Positions 32,701 to 42,603 of a stretch of 58,077 nucleotides of DNA are shown here, piece by piece; positions within the stretch are counted from its first letter, which is position 1; each line of letters starts with the position of its first letter. The position numbers were made by a program, and so were the translations under genes. The notes below the pieces were generated by a model. The model was not told the origin of the DNA. It did not search any database and worked only from the letters and a program-made list of their open reading frames with translations. This DNA comes from Ignatzschineria sp. (GTDB lineage Bacteria > Pseudomonadota > Gammaproteobacteria > Cardiobacteriales > Wohlfahrtiimonadaceae). The DNA lies in contig JASLEF010000016.1 of assembly GCA_030151245.1 (NCBI GenBank), positions 1 to 58,077 of the forward strand. The letters run 5' to 3'.

Positions 32701-33567
32701 ATGTGCCAATTATTAGGAATGAATTGCAATACACCGACAGATATCATCTTCTCTTTTGAAGGATTTCGCCGCAGAGGCGGAGAAACTGATATCCATGTCG
32801 ATGGATTTGGAATCGCTTTCTTTGAAGGAAAAGGTGTTCGTATCTATCAAGATGATGCGCCCTGTGCTTCTTCTCCTGTCGCAGATTTGGTAAAGGGGTA
32901 TCAAATCAAATCTAAAAATGTGATCTCTCATATTCGTAAGGCAACTCACGGGCAGGTTTCATTAGCTAATACACATCCCTTTATGCGAGAGCTATGGGGA
33001 GAATATTGGTTGTTTGCACATAATGGACATCTGAATAATCCCTCTGAACTATTTAAAGATTACCCACAGCAATACTACCGCCCAGTAGGTTCCACAGATT
33101 CAGAGTATGCCTTTTGCTATATCCTCGAACACTTACAACATACCTTCCGGGAAAAACCTTCTAAAGAGGCTCTCTTTGCTGAGATCTTATCATTGACAGA
33201 AAAAATACGCGAAGCGGGAATATTTAACTTTATTCTCAGTAATGGTGAATGGATGATTGCCCATTCAAGCACTTTACTTCACTATATTGTCCGCAAAGCA
33301 CCTTTCGGCGAAGCTAAATTATTAGATGATGATGTCAGTATCGATTTTGCAGCCGTCACAACCCCCACCGATCGCGTTGCGGTCATTGCGACACTTCCCT
33401 TAACGTCTAATGAAGAGTGGCATCAGTTTGCAACCAATGAGCTTTTAATGTTTGAAGAGGGAGAAGTGATCTCTCGCCATTGCCCAGATCCCCAATCCTT
33501 TATGAGTATTGAAGATGCCCTAAAACTAGCCAGTGCCGTTGGGGCTGCTGCCAATAGCGTCATCTAA
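32701..33567 (+). CDS. yafJ: Class II glutamine amidotransferase, YafJ/GATase_4 family
   Basis: N-terminal MC (Cys2 nucleophile), DGFGI, HIRKAT, NTHPF, FAHNG, TDSE. Confidence 0.9.
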   Translation: MCQLLGMNCNTPTDIIFSFEGFRRRGGETDIHVDGFGIAFFEGKGVRIYQDDAPCASSPVADLVKGYQIKSKNVISHIRKATHGQVSLANTHPFMRELWGEYWLFAHNGHLNNPSELFKDYPQQYYRPVGSTDSEYAFCYILEHLQHTFREKPSKEALFAEILSLTEKIREAGIFNFILSNGEWMIAHSSTLLHYIVRKAPFGEAKLLDDDVSIDFAAVTTPTDRVAVIATLPLTSNEEWHQFATNELLMFEEGEVISRHCPDPQSFMSIEDALKLASAVGAAANSVI

Positions 33568-33831
33568 GTGTAGCCCGCTGAAGGTCAGAGTTAACTATCA
33601 AAACCTATTGGCTTTAAAACTCGCTGAGTTCTGTAAATCAGAGCGCCGGTCGCCACTGATGAATTCTGCTACAATAAGGAGATAACTCATTGAAATCAGC
33701 AAATGACAAACAAGTCATAATGAAAAGTCACCATAAAAGATTAACGCTTTTTCAAAAAAGGCTTTTATCATTATTTTCAAAAGCTGTTTTACTTTAACTA
33801 TTGAATAGTATTCAGGATATTGATCTATTTT

Positions 33832-34293
33832 ATGGAAAAATTAACGACCCATACGCGCTTTGTCAACCTCCGCCAAGAACCATTTGATATCTATATTGGC
33901 CGCGGTAATCGTTATGGACAAAAAGGTCTATACGGGAATCCTTATTTTCGTAATGATCAAAATCGCGAAGCGGCTATTGCCCAATATATCCCTTACATGA
34001 AGCACAAACTTATGCAAAATACTGCTTTCATGCTTGAATTTTTAACCCTTAAAGACAAAACCCTTGGCTGTTATTGTAAACCTAAACATTGCCACGGCGA
34101 AGTCTTGATTAGTCTCTTAAATTACTTATTTAGCCACTTTAATAGCACAATCAAACCGCTAGCATTAAGAGCAAGTATACAAGATCCCCTTTCAAAAGAA
34201 GAAGCTCTGGAGTTACATGCAAATGTCAATCAACTCTTAATGGATTATCACTATATCAAGAATAAAAAAGTCAATGAAAGCATCGATAAATAG
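33832..34293 (+). CDS. DUF4326 domain protein
   Basis: DIYIGRG...YGNPY...LGCYCKPKHCHGEVL pattern; start uncertain (TTG 33820 or ATG 33832). Confidence 0.8.
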   Translation: MEKLTTHTRFVNLRQEPFDIYIGRGNRYGQKGLYGNPYFRNDQNREAAIAQYIPYMKHKLMQNTAFMLEFLTLKDKTLGCYCKPKHCHGEVLISLLNYLFSHFNSTIKPLALRASIQDPLSKEEALELHANVNQLLMDYHYIKNKKVNESIDK

Positions 34294-34411
34294 CGACTAT
34301 CTTTCATATCAAGCGTCAAAAATGAAACGCCAGACTACTTGCTTATTTTCTAGTTAATCAAAGCTATTAAAACACCATTTTGACATCTGCCAACTTTAAC
34401 TCGGACAATGC

Positions 34412-34446
34412 AAAAGGCCTAGTAATAATCATATTACTAGGCCTTT
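34412..34446 (-). terminator. Terminator of tRNA-Gly copy 2
   Basis: AAAGGCCTAGTAATA-N4-TATTACTAGGCCTTT. Confidence 0.85.
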
Positions 34447-34452
34447 AATATT

Positions 34453-34528
<76 letters not shown>

Positions 34529-34542
34529 TGAACAGGTAGAGA

Positions 34543-34570
34543 ATTATAACGAATAAAGAGATAGATGCAA
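34543..34570 (-). promoter_or_regulatory. sigma70 promoter of tRNA-Gly copy 2
   Basis: TTGCAT-16bp-TATAAT. Confidence 0.8.
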
Positions 34571-35093
34571 GAAATATTACAACTTCGTCAAATATTCATT
34601 CAGAATGATAATTCTATCAAGAACTTTAGTGAGAAGCTTCTCCCTTTTAAATGCTTAATGCCCACCCGCTACATCTTTCACCAACCAGAAACTTATGGCT
34701 CACTGATCGTCTGATCTAATCGAAATAAATAATACCTATGAAATTCCGATTAAAATTATCTGCTCAATTAATCTATGGTAGCTAGGCGGGATTTCCCCTT
34801 GATAAAACAAGAAGAGCCCTCTTGCATCATCGCCTTCTCTTCTAAGGCGCTTTTTATCTAAAGTGATGATAAAATGCATCTCCATTTAAGAGTCTCTAAT
34901 GGCTGCTGGCAAGAAAATTTCTCTAGCCGAGTGCATATTACGCTTAGAACTTGAGGTCACTTCTCTTTTAATCAGATCATCTCAAATCGAACTCCCCCCT
35001 ATACAACTGGCGATAAGCTAAAATAGGCAGTTAACTAAAGGTTAGTATTAACCCCCTTTTTTTAGAGTCTATCAACCTAAACGCCGATAATGC

Positions 35094-35128
35094 AAAAGGC
35101 CTAGTAACAGTAACATTACTAGGCCTTT
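35094..35128 (-). terminator. Terminator of tRNA-Gly copy 3
   Basis: AAAGGCCTAGTAA-N8-TTACTAGGCCTTT. Confidence 0.85.
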
Positions 35129-35134
35129 AATATT

Positions 35135-35210
<76 letters not shown>

Positions 35211-35223
35211 AAACAGGATCTGA

Positions 35224-35251
35224 ATTATAAGCCATTTTTTTTAAGATGCAA
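35224..35251 (-). promoter_or_regulatory. sigma70 promoter of tRNA-Gly copy 3
   Basis: TTGCAT-16bp-TATAAT. Confidence 0.8.
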
Positions 35252-35890
35252 CCTCAATTACTCATTCGATAATTTTTTGTACAGCTTATTAACTTCACTA
35301 ATTAAAGTAGAATAGAACATTAAAAAAATAATGTGATGATTCCATCATCCGACAATTCCATAACATCTGATATTTTCTTCAAAAAACATTGAGTGATACC
35401 CCATATTCAAAAGTCCCTCATTTCTAGATACCCATCAGCGAGTCTTGCTTATTCACGCAATAGTAATCATAGGTTGTTTTGTGTGAACAGCAGCGTCAGC
35501 GTCATTTCACTTAAAAAAACTTCTAGAAACAACTCCTGATAGGCCAAAAGTAGGTTACATTCGAGTCATTCATCAGCTTTCAAAAGAACTTTGAACCAGA
35601 TAGTCTTCACTATTTCACTATCAAAAACTATAAAAACTACGAAAATATCGCTATCAAAAGACTCATGCGATGAATCCTCACAAAGCCAATAAGAAGAACT
35701 TTATTTAAAAAATAAAACAACACACCCCAAAAATCCTTTTAAATTTTTATACATCTCATAGGGATGATCGTTATAATATTTCCCTTTTCAATCAACAACT
35801 GCTCTCGCAAGATCGATTACTTCCGCTCACCATAAATAAGTGAACGCTATGAAATAGATGCTTGCCCAGAATTTATTTAGGAGATCGTCC

Positions 35891-37228
35891 GTGTCACACC
35901 CCGAAACATTCGCCGCTCAACGTCGCTCTTTCAGATTTCCAGGCCTTGGCGTCCAAATACTTATTGCACTTGCCTTAGGCATTATCGCGGGAAGTATACT
36001 TCACGAATATGGTGCAAAAATCTGGGTCATCGACAATATCCTCAATCCTGCAGGAAAAATTCTCATCACCATGATTAAAATGATTGTGGTTCCCATCGTC
36101 ATTTCAACACTAACCGTGGGGATTGCCGGGGGTGAAAACACGAAAGATCTTGGAAAAATGGGGATTAAAAGTATTATCTACTTTGAGGTTATTACCACTA
36201 TTGCCATTATTGTAGGAATCGTCTCTGCAAATCTTTTTCAACCAGGAGTTGGCGTCGATCTAAGCACGCTTGTGGAAGCTGATATGAGTAGATTTAATGC
36301 CACAATAGAATCGATTGAGGCAACAGAACAAAACCATTTTGTGACCACCATTATGTCAATCTTTCCTAGCAATATCTTTCAAGCCCTGACGGATAATAGC
36401 AATATGCTCTCTATTATCTTTTTCTCAGTGCTGTTTGGACTAGGTCTTGCTCAAATGCCTCAGTCTCAAAAAAAGCCTGTTATTGAGTTCTTACAAGGGG
36501 TTTCAGGAGCAATGTTCAAAGTCACAAATATGATTATGCGCTACGCCCCTATTGGTGTCTTTGCTTTAATTGCTGCGACTGTAGCAAGCTTCGGATTCGA
36601 ATCTCTCTACCCACTCTTAAAACTGGTATTAGTCGTTTATGGAACCATTATCTTCTTTGCAATTGTTGTCTTAGGTGGTGTCGCGGCAATCTGCGGCTTT
36701 AATATATTTACGCTCTTTAAAGTCTTAAAGGATGAATTGATCTTAGCCTATACCACGGCTAGTTCTGAGACGGTACTCCCCAGAATCATGGAGAAAATGC
36801 AAGCGTATGGCGCCCCCGAAAAAGTCACAGGTTTTGTCATTCCTATAGGTTACTCCTTTAATCTCGATGGCTCGACCCTCTATCAAAGTATTGCGGCCAT
36901 CTTTTTAGCACAAATTACCGGCATTGATCTCTCCCTTAGTGATCAAATCTTACTAGTGATTACCTTAATGCTCACCTCAAAAGGGATGGCCGGAGTTCCT
37001 GGTGCTGCCATTGTTGTTATCTTAGCAACCGTTGGTACTGTCGGTATCCCTGCTGAAAGCGTGGCCTATATTATAGGGATTGACCGCATTTTAGATATGG
37101 CTAGAACCGCTTTAAATGTCATTGGTAACGCTTTAGCTGCTCTTGTCATCGCGAAATGGGAAGGTTGTTTTGATCAGAAAAAAGCTGATCAGTATTTCAC
37201 CAACATCGCTCCTGAACTTGATCACTAA
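35891..37228 (+). CDS. gltP: Dicarboxylate/amino acid:cation symporter, GltP-like
   Basis: MIKMIVVP, IIYFEVITT, AYTTASSE, GYSFNLDG, SKGMAGVPG, DRILDMARTALN. GTG at 35891 follows AGGAGA; ATG at 35858 is an alternative. Confidence 0.85.
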   Translation: MSHPETFAAQRRSFRFPGLGVQILIALALGIIAGSILHEYGAKIWVIDNILNPAGKILITMIKMIVVPIVISTLTVGIAGGENTKDLGKMGIKSIIYFEVITTIAIIVGIVSANLFQPGVGVDLSTLVEADMSRFNATIESIEATEQNHFVTTIMSIFPSNIFQALTDNSNMLSIIFFSVLFGLGLAQMPQSQKKPVIEFLQGVSGAMFKVTNMIMRYAPIGVFALIAATVASFGFESLYPLLKLVLVVYGTIIFFAIVVLGGVAAICGFNIFTLFKVLKDELILAYTTASSETVLPRIMEKMQAYGAPEKVTGFVIPIGYSFNLDGSTLYQSIAAIFLAQITGIDLSLSDQILLVITLMLTSKGMAGVPGAAIVVILATVGTVGIPAESVAYIIGIDRILDMARTALNVIGNALAALVIAKWEGCFDQKKADQYFTNIAPELDH

Positions 37229-37293
37229 AGTTTTAAATTGAGTGATCTTAAAATTTGCTTAATTAAGATCAACAACCAGCAGCCCGATTTAAT

Positions 37294-37333
37294 CATCTCT
37301 CTTTAAGTGCTTCTATTCATTTAAAGAGAGATG
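37294..37333. other. Strong inverted repeat downstream of gltP
   Basis: CATCTCTCTTTAA...TTAAAGAGAGATG 13-bp perfect stem, no clear U tail. Confidence 0.5.
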
Positions 37334-37406
37334 CAGCAAAAGAGGTTTAGAAAGAGCGATAGATAATCACCATAACAATATCTTTTATCTGATAAACCGT
37401 GAAAAA

Positions 37407-37441
37407 CAAAAAACCGAACCCTAATAAAAGGGTTCGGTTTT
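37407..37441 (-). terminator. Terminator of tRNA-Gly copy 4
   Basis: AAAACCGAACCCT-N6-AGGGTTCGGTTTT. Confidence 0.85.
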
Positions 37442-37446
37442 AAATT

Positions 37447-37522
<76 letters not shown>

Positions 37523-37535
37523 AGAAGATGTGACT

Positions 37536-37563
37536 ATTATAGATTTTTTTTTGAATCTGTCAA
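37536..37563 (-). promoter_or_regulatory. sigma70 promoter of tRNA-Gly copy 4
   Basis: Perfect TTGACA-16bp-TATAAT. Confidence 0.9.
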
Positions 37564-37799
37564 ACAGCATTCCGAGCAATTAATTGTCAGCACACGTCTG
37601 AAAATCACGCTAATAATAATTCGCTTATCCCCCTAGATCATTTATTGACGACTGATATCACCTATGACAATATGCCTCTAAATTTTACGATTGATTCACT
37701 TTAGAGATTTGTCAAAATGCCGTATGATCTAATACTATTCTTATTTATATAATAACGATCCGAAGACGATCTTGTAAAAACAATTATAAAGGGAAAATT

Positions 37800-39617
37800 A
37801 TGCTACAAAGGCTTACTAGAACAATAGGGATGTTGACGCTGCTAGTGATCATCGCATTCACCACTCCGCTTCAGGCTCAATCACTCTTTAATCAATCCCA
37901 AAATACTTCTCCTCCCACTTCGATTGGTCTAGACCCTTCGACCCTACTTCGTCCAACACAAGCCTTTATTCCCTCAATTCATCTACAAAATGCCGCCAAT
38001 GGGGAGTTAGTATTAATGTGGGATATCAATCCTGACTACTATCTCTATAAAGATAAGATCTTTATCACCCTTAGAAATAATCACGGCACCTTACAAGAAG
38101 TTATTCTTCCACAAGGGAAAGATCATGAAGATGAGTTTTTTGGTCAGCAAGAGATCTATGACACCGCGCTTGTAATCCCTTTACAAATAGAAAATGCCGC
38201 TAATCTTAATACCGCCTACTTTGAGATCGAAGCACAAGGATGCGCAAAGAGTGGTTATTGCTTTGCGCCACAAAATTATGAATTAAAGGTTGAGATCAAT
38301 CCTGAGGTTAATCCTGATAATGACCTTTTATCTCAAACACCTATTGACACCAATGATGCAATGCCAGAGATGATGGCAGAACATGATCGTCTCTCACAAT
38401 ATTTAGAAGATAACCAATATCTCGCCATCCCACTCTTTTTCGTCTTAGGATTACTCTTAACATTTACCCCATGTGTTCTGCCAATGTTGCCAATTTTATC
38501 CGGGATCCTTACAAAAAGCGGACAGATATCTCCCAAAAAAGGCTTTTCAATCTCCCTTGTATACGTACTTTCCATGAGTTTCGTCTATACGCTAGTGGGA
38601 TTATTAGCAGCATACTTTGGTAAAGGTTTAGCCGGATTTTTACAGAATTCTTACACCTTAATTGGCTTTGGTACCCTATTTATCTTGCTCTCTTTGAGTA
38701 TGTTTGGCCTCTATCAAATCCAAATGCCGGCGTTTATCCAATCTCGCTTGAGCATTCTCAGTAATAAGCAGTCCGGAAAAAGCGGCTATCTTGGTACAGC
38801 GATTATGGGCATGCTATCAGCATTAATTGTTGGCCCTTGTGTGACAGCCCCTTTAATCGGCATTATTACGCTTGTTGCGCAAACACAAAATTACTTTTTA
38901 GGCGGCGCTGCGCTCTTTAGTATGAGCATGGGAATGGGTATCCCTCTCCTTATTCTAGGCGCCTCTTCTGGTCATTTACTACCGAAAGTCGGGCCATGGA
39001 TGGATAAGATCAAAGTTCTCTTTGGCTTTATGCTCTTAGGGCTTGCGGCTTACTTCATCGGTTTAACACTTCCCCTCTATTGGGAGCAGATGCTCTATGC
39101 AGCCATTGCCTTTGCTTCTGCTATTTGGTTAATTGTTTCGATCGTTGAAAGCCACGGAAAAATTAGACTCTTCTTTGGTGCCTTAGCGCTAGGAACCATG
39201 CTCTTTGGAGCACAAGCTATCAATGACTCAACCAGAGTGATCGAAACAGCAACCTTCTTACCTGTAAAAGGAATTTCAGGCTTAAACGAAGGGCTTTCCC
39301 AAAATCAGGGCCGCATCACAATGCTAGAGTTCAATGCCGATTGGTGCGTTGCTTGTAAAGAGATGGAAAAATATGTTTTTAGTGACCCTGAAGTGAAAGC
39401 TAAAATGGCAGAAATGCACCTTTTAGTCAGCAACGTCACAAGTAATGATGTGCAAGATCAGCGTTTACAAGAACACTTTAATATCTTTGGCCCGCCAGCA
39501 ATGCTCTTCTTTGATCAAGAAGGAAGAGAGATGCCAAATTTCCGTGTCATGGGGAGCGTTCCTAAAGAAGATTTCTTGCGTCATATCAATTATATTATTG
39601 ATCACTACCAAGATTAA
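37800..39617 (+). CDS. dsbD: Thiol:disulfide interchange protein DsbD
   Basis: Signal peptide, QGCAKSGYC, FTPCVLPM, GPCVTAPL, WCVAC thioredoxin domain. Confidence 0.96.
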   Translation: MLQRLTRTIGMLTLLVIIAFTTPLQAQSLFNQSQNTSPPTSIGLDPSTLLRPTQAFIPSIHLQNAANGELVLMWDINPDYYLYKDKIFITLRNNHGTLQEVILPQGKDHEDEFFGQQEIYDTALVIPLQIENAANLNTAYFEIEAQGCAKSGYCFAPQNYELKVEINPEVNPDNDLLSQTPIDTNDAMPEMMAEHDRLSQYLEDNQYLAIPLFFVLGLLLTFTPCVLPMLPILSGILTKSGQISPKKGFSISLVYVLSMSFVYTLVGLLAAYFGKGLAGFLQNSYTLIGFGTLFILLSLSMFGLYQIQMPAFIQSRLSILSNKQSGKSGYLGTAIMGMLSALIVGPCVTAPLIGIITLVAQTQNYFLGGAALFSMSMGMGIPLLILGASSGHLLPKVGPWMDKIKVLFGFMLLGLAAYFIGLTLPLYWEQMLYAAIAFASAIWLIVSIVESHGKIRLFFGALALGTMLFGAQAINDSTRVIETATFLPVKGISGLNEGLSQNQGRITMLEFNADWCVACKEMEKYVFSDPEVKAKMAEMHLLVSNVTSNDVQDQRLQEHFNIFGPPAMLFFDQEGREMPNFRVMGSVPKEDFLRHINYIIDHYQD

Positions 39618-39691
39618 TCTCGAGATTTTAAATAAATCGTACTATTCGCTATTCAAATAGCCCCTTATAATCTTTTCTCAACTCCTTTATC

Positions 39692-39715
39692 AAGCCCTTC
39701 ATCGAAGGGCTTTTT
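39692..39715 (+). terminator. Terminator after dsbD
   Basis: AAGCCCTTC-ATC-GAAGGGCTT followed by TTT. Confidence 0.8.
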
Positions 39716-40032
39716 ACTTCTGCTTTTTTTCTTCTTACTATTTTTTTAAACATATCTGCCGTTATTATTAATAACGGCAAATGATATCATCCCACAAAAT
39801 CTCTAGCCAACATCTCCGCGCTTTTAATACCGCCTTTAATCAGACAAACTTCCACCGATTTCATTATCAAACTCATCAAAAGATCTGTTCGAACTCCTCC
39901 CTTGAGTGATATCAGTTTTGTTGTACCCCCTACTTTGGTAGGCTTTTTAAGAGATAGATGACGAGATAGCCCTCTAAACATGAAGGGATTCCATTCTACC
40001 TCCTTCAGAATTCAGCTTGTTCTTCACCCAAT

Positions 40033-40059
40033 AAAAAAGACCATCATTGATGGTCTTTT
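40033..40059 (-). terminator. Terminator after murA
   Basis: AAAAGACCATC...GATGGTCTTTT with T run on the minus strand. Confidence 0.8.
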
Positions 40060-40122
40060 CGAGATGATTATTATGATAAAGAATATCACTAAATCATGTG
40101 ATTAATAGTAATTGCGAGAGGT

Positions 40123-41397
40123 TTACTCTATCGTCACTCGTCGAATCTTCGCCCCTAGATTTGTCAGCTTCTCTTCGATATTTTCATAGCCTCGATCTAA
40201 ATGATGGAGCGCTCCAATACTGGTAGTTCCTTCTGCTACTAATCCTGCTAAGATTAATGCCGCTGAGGCTCGAAGATCTGTTGCGGTAACATCTGCCCCA
40301 GAGAGTTTTTCAACACCATCAATCAACGCTAAGCGATTATCAACTTTGATATTCGCTCCCATACGCGCCAGTTCATTAGCATGCATGAAACGATTTTCAA
40401 AAATTGTTTCTGTAATAGAAGATGTTCCTTCAGAAATCGCGGCCATCGCCATAAATTGTGCTTGCATATCCGTCGCAAGCAGTGGATATGGTGCAGTTTT
40501 TAAACGAAGCGTTTTTAATGTTGGCGCTCCCTTATAAACCCGAATCGAATGGCTTGTCACATCCACATTCACTCCTGCTTGCTTCAATGCAGAGGTCACG
40601 GACTCTAAATGTTCAGGAATACAATCTTCAATGGTAATATCTCCAAAGGTCATTGCCGCCGCCACCATATAAGTACCAATCTCAATACGATCTGGCATGA
40701 CGGTGTATTCTCCGCCTAATAGCTGTGTCACACCGGTAATGGTTAATCGACTCGTACCAATCCCCTCGATTTTCGCTCCCAACATGTTGAGCATATTCGC
40801 AAGATCATCTACTTCAGGCTCTTTGGCACAGTTTTCTAAGATTGTGACACCTTCAGCTAGAACTGCGGCCATTAAGACATTTTCAACACCCGTTACAGTA
40901 ATGACATCAAAAGCATGATGAACCCCTTGTAAACGGCCATTGCTCGCTTTTGCTTGTACATAACCATGTGCGATATTTATCTCGGCACCTAGTGCTTCCA
41001 TACCCAATAGATGCTGATCTACCGGACGACTACCAATTGGGCATCCGCCAGGAAGAGAGACTTCTGCTTGTCCAAACTTCGCTAAAATAGGACCTAGTAC
41101 CAAAATTGATGCGCGCATTTGACTCACAAGGTCATGATTCGCACGAGTTTTTTCAATACCTCGAGGATCAACAACTAATGTATTTCCTTGATAATGGACA
41201 GTTGCCCCTAAGTCTTCTAAGATTTTTGACAACACAATGACATCTTGTAGCTTCGGAACATTATGAAGCGTTACAGGCTCTGTTGCTAAAATAGTTGCTG
41301 CTAAAATCGGTAAAACAGCATTTTTGGCACCACTAGCACGAACAGTCCCTTTCAGAGGACCGTTTCCCTCAACGAGGAGACGTTCTTTGTCACTCAT
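40123..41397 (-). CDS. murA: UDP-N-acetylglucosamine 1-carboxyvinyltransferase
   Basis: GAKNA, MRAS, LPGGCPIG (fosfomycin-target Cys present), PDRIE, FENRF, DLRA, DRGY. ATG at 41397 overlaps the ibaG stop (TAATG). Confidence 0.97.
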   Translation of the reverse strand: MSDKERLLVEGNGPLKGTVRASGAKNAVLPILAATILATEPVTLHNVPKLQDVIVLSKILEDLGATVHYQGNTLVVDPRGIEKTRANHDLVSQMRASILVLGPILAKFGQAEVSLPGGCPIGSRPVDQHLLGMEALGAEINIAHGYVQAKASNGRLQGVHHAFDVITVTGVENVLMAAVLAEGVTILENCAKEPEVDDLANMLNMLGAKIEGIGTSRLTITGVTQLLGGEYTVMPDRIEIGTYMVAAAMTFGDITIEDCIPEHLESVTSALKQAGVNVDVTSHSIRVYKGAPTLKTLRLKTAPYPLLATDMQAQFMAMAAISEGTSSITETIFENRFMHANELARMGANIKVDNRLALIDGVEKLSGADVTATDLRASAALILAGLVAEGTTSIGALHHLDRGYENIEEKLTNLGAKIRRVTIE

Positions 41398-41636
41398 TAC
41401 TTGCTCCATTCTGCTGGGGTATATGTTTTTAGTGCTAACGCATGAATCTCTTCTGTTTCAAGGCGATTTCCTAAAGTTGCATAAACCATTTTATGTTGCT
41501 TTAACATCGAGATACCTTCAAATTCAGGGCTGACGACAATCCCTTCAAAATGCACACCATCTTCACCTTTAATCTCGATGAAATCACACTTTAAACCTGC
41601 TTGAATCAACTCTTGAACTTTTTCTTTTGTCATCAT
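41397..41636 (-). CDS. ibaG: BolA/IbaG family protein
   Basis: DGVHF, VSPEFEG, QHKMVY, IHAL...TP; conserved position upstream of murA. Confidence 0.9.
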   Translation of the reverse strand: MMTKEKVQELIQAGLKCDFIEIKGEDGVHFEGIVVSPEFEGISMLKQHKMVYATLGNRLETEEIHALALKTYTPAEWSK

Positions 41637-42603
41637 GGTTATTATATTCCTTACTCCAAATTGATTAATACGTTACATATCTTTGCGTTAACTTTATATT
41701 CTCATTAAAGTTTTTTGAAGATATACAACTTGGGTAGTATCAAAATTCGCTATGACCTTTCTCGATCTTTCAATCATCAATGCGACATTCCTGATTTAGT
41801 GTCGTCTATTATGCCATGATCCTAGAGAGATTTTTATATATTGCACAATTTCCATCTGCCCCTTAACAAAGATCAATGAACCCTTAAAATATCCCCCATC
41901 AAAAAGCCTCTTTCTTGCAAAGATCATGATTTAACAATCCTACTAAGATCTTAAATATATCGATAGATCGCACCAAAAAACACCGTACCATGCCCAATTT
42001 TGGGGCTTATTGGCTTTTTTAGGCATTGTTGATTAACCATTTTCCTCAAATCAACAGATAGATAGCTTCTGGATTTTTACACTCCTGACTAAGCGCTTCA
42101 ATAAGCCATGTTAAAAAGAACAACGATAGAACAAGAGACTGAACAAACTTAGCGAGAAAAATGACAAACAATAAAGGACAGAAGATTGCAACATCCCTTC
42201 AGTGTCAAACTCTACTTTGACCAATTCTGTCCCCCGACATTCAACAGAACTTTTAATAGAACAACTTCAATCGATTTCATAATTAATAAGAGTTTTTAAG
42301 CGTGATCCCCACAGACGCAAACCTTGATTAAATTTTACACAGACAGATCTCAATCATTGTCAATAGAATCATTCCTACCCTCTTTACCGCCTAAAATTTT
42401 AAAATAAAATCTTCTTTAATAGATCAACGATTACAACTTGTTAATGCCTTAGCGCTTCATAAAATTCTTTGTTAAAGATCATAAAAATATCGCTAACTAA
42501 TGCCCTATCTATCAATCATCTTTCCTATCTTCATGATTTTATGCTCTATCTTTGTTACCATGAAATGTCTTTTCGTAAAAAACGATATTTATATAGAGAG
42601 CCT

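Noticed and set aside
34899..35021. 40-codon ORF between tRNA copies 2 and 3
   Set aside because: Weak RBS and no recognisable features.
39787..39981. 64-aa minus-strand ORF between dsbD and murA
   Set aside because: Lies past the murA terminator and has no recognisable motif.
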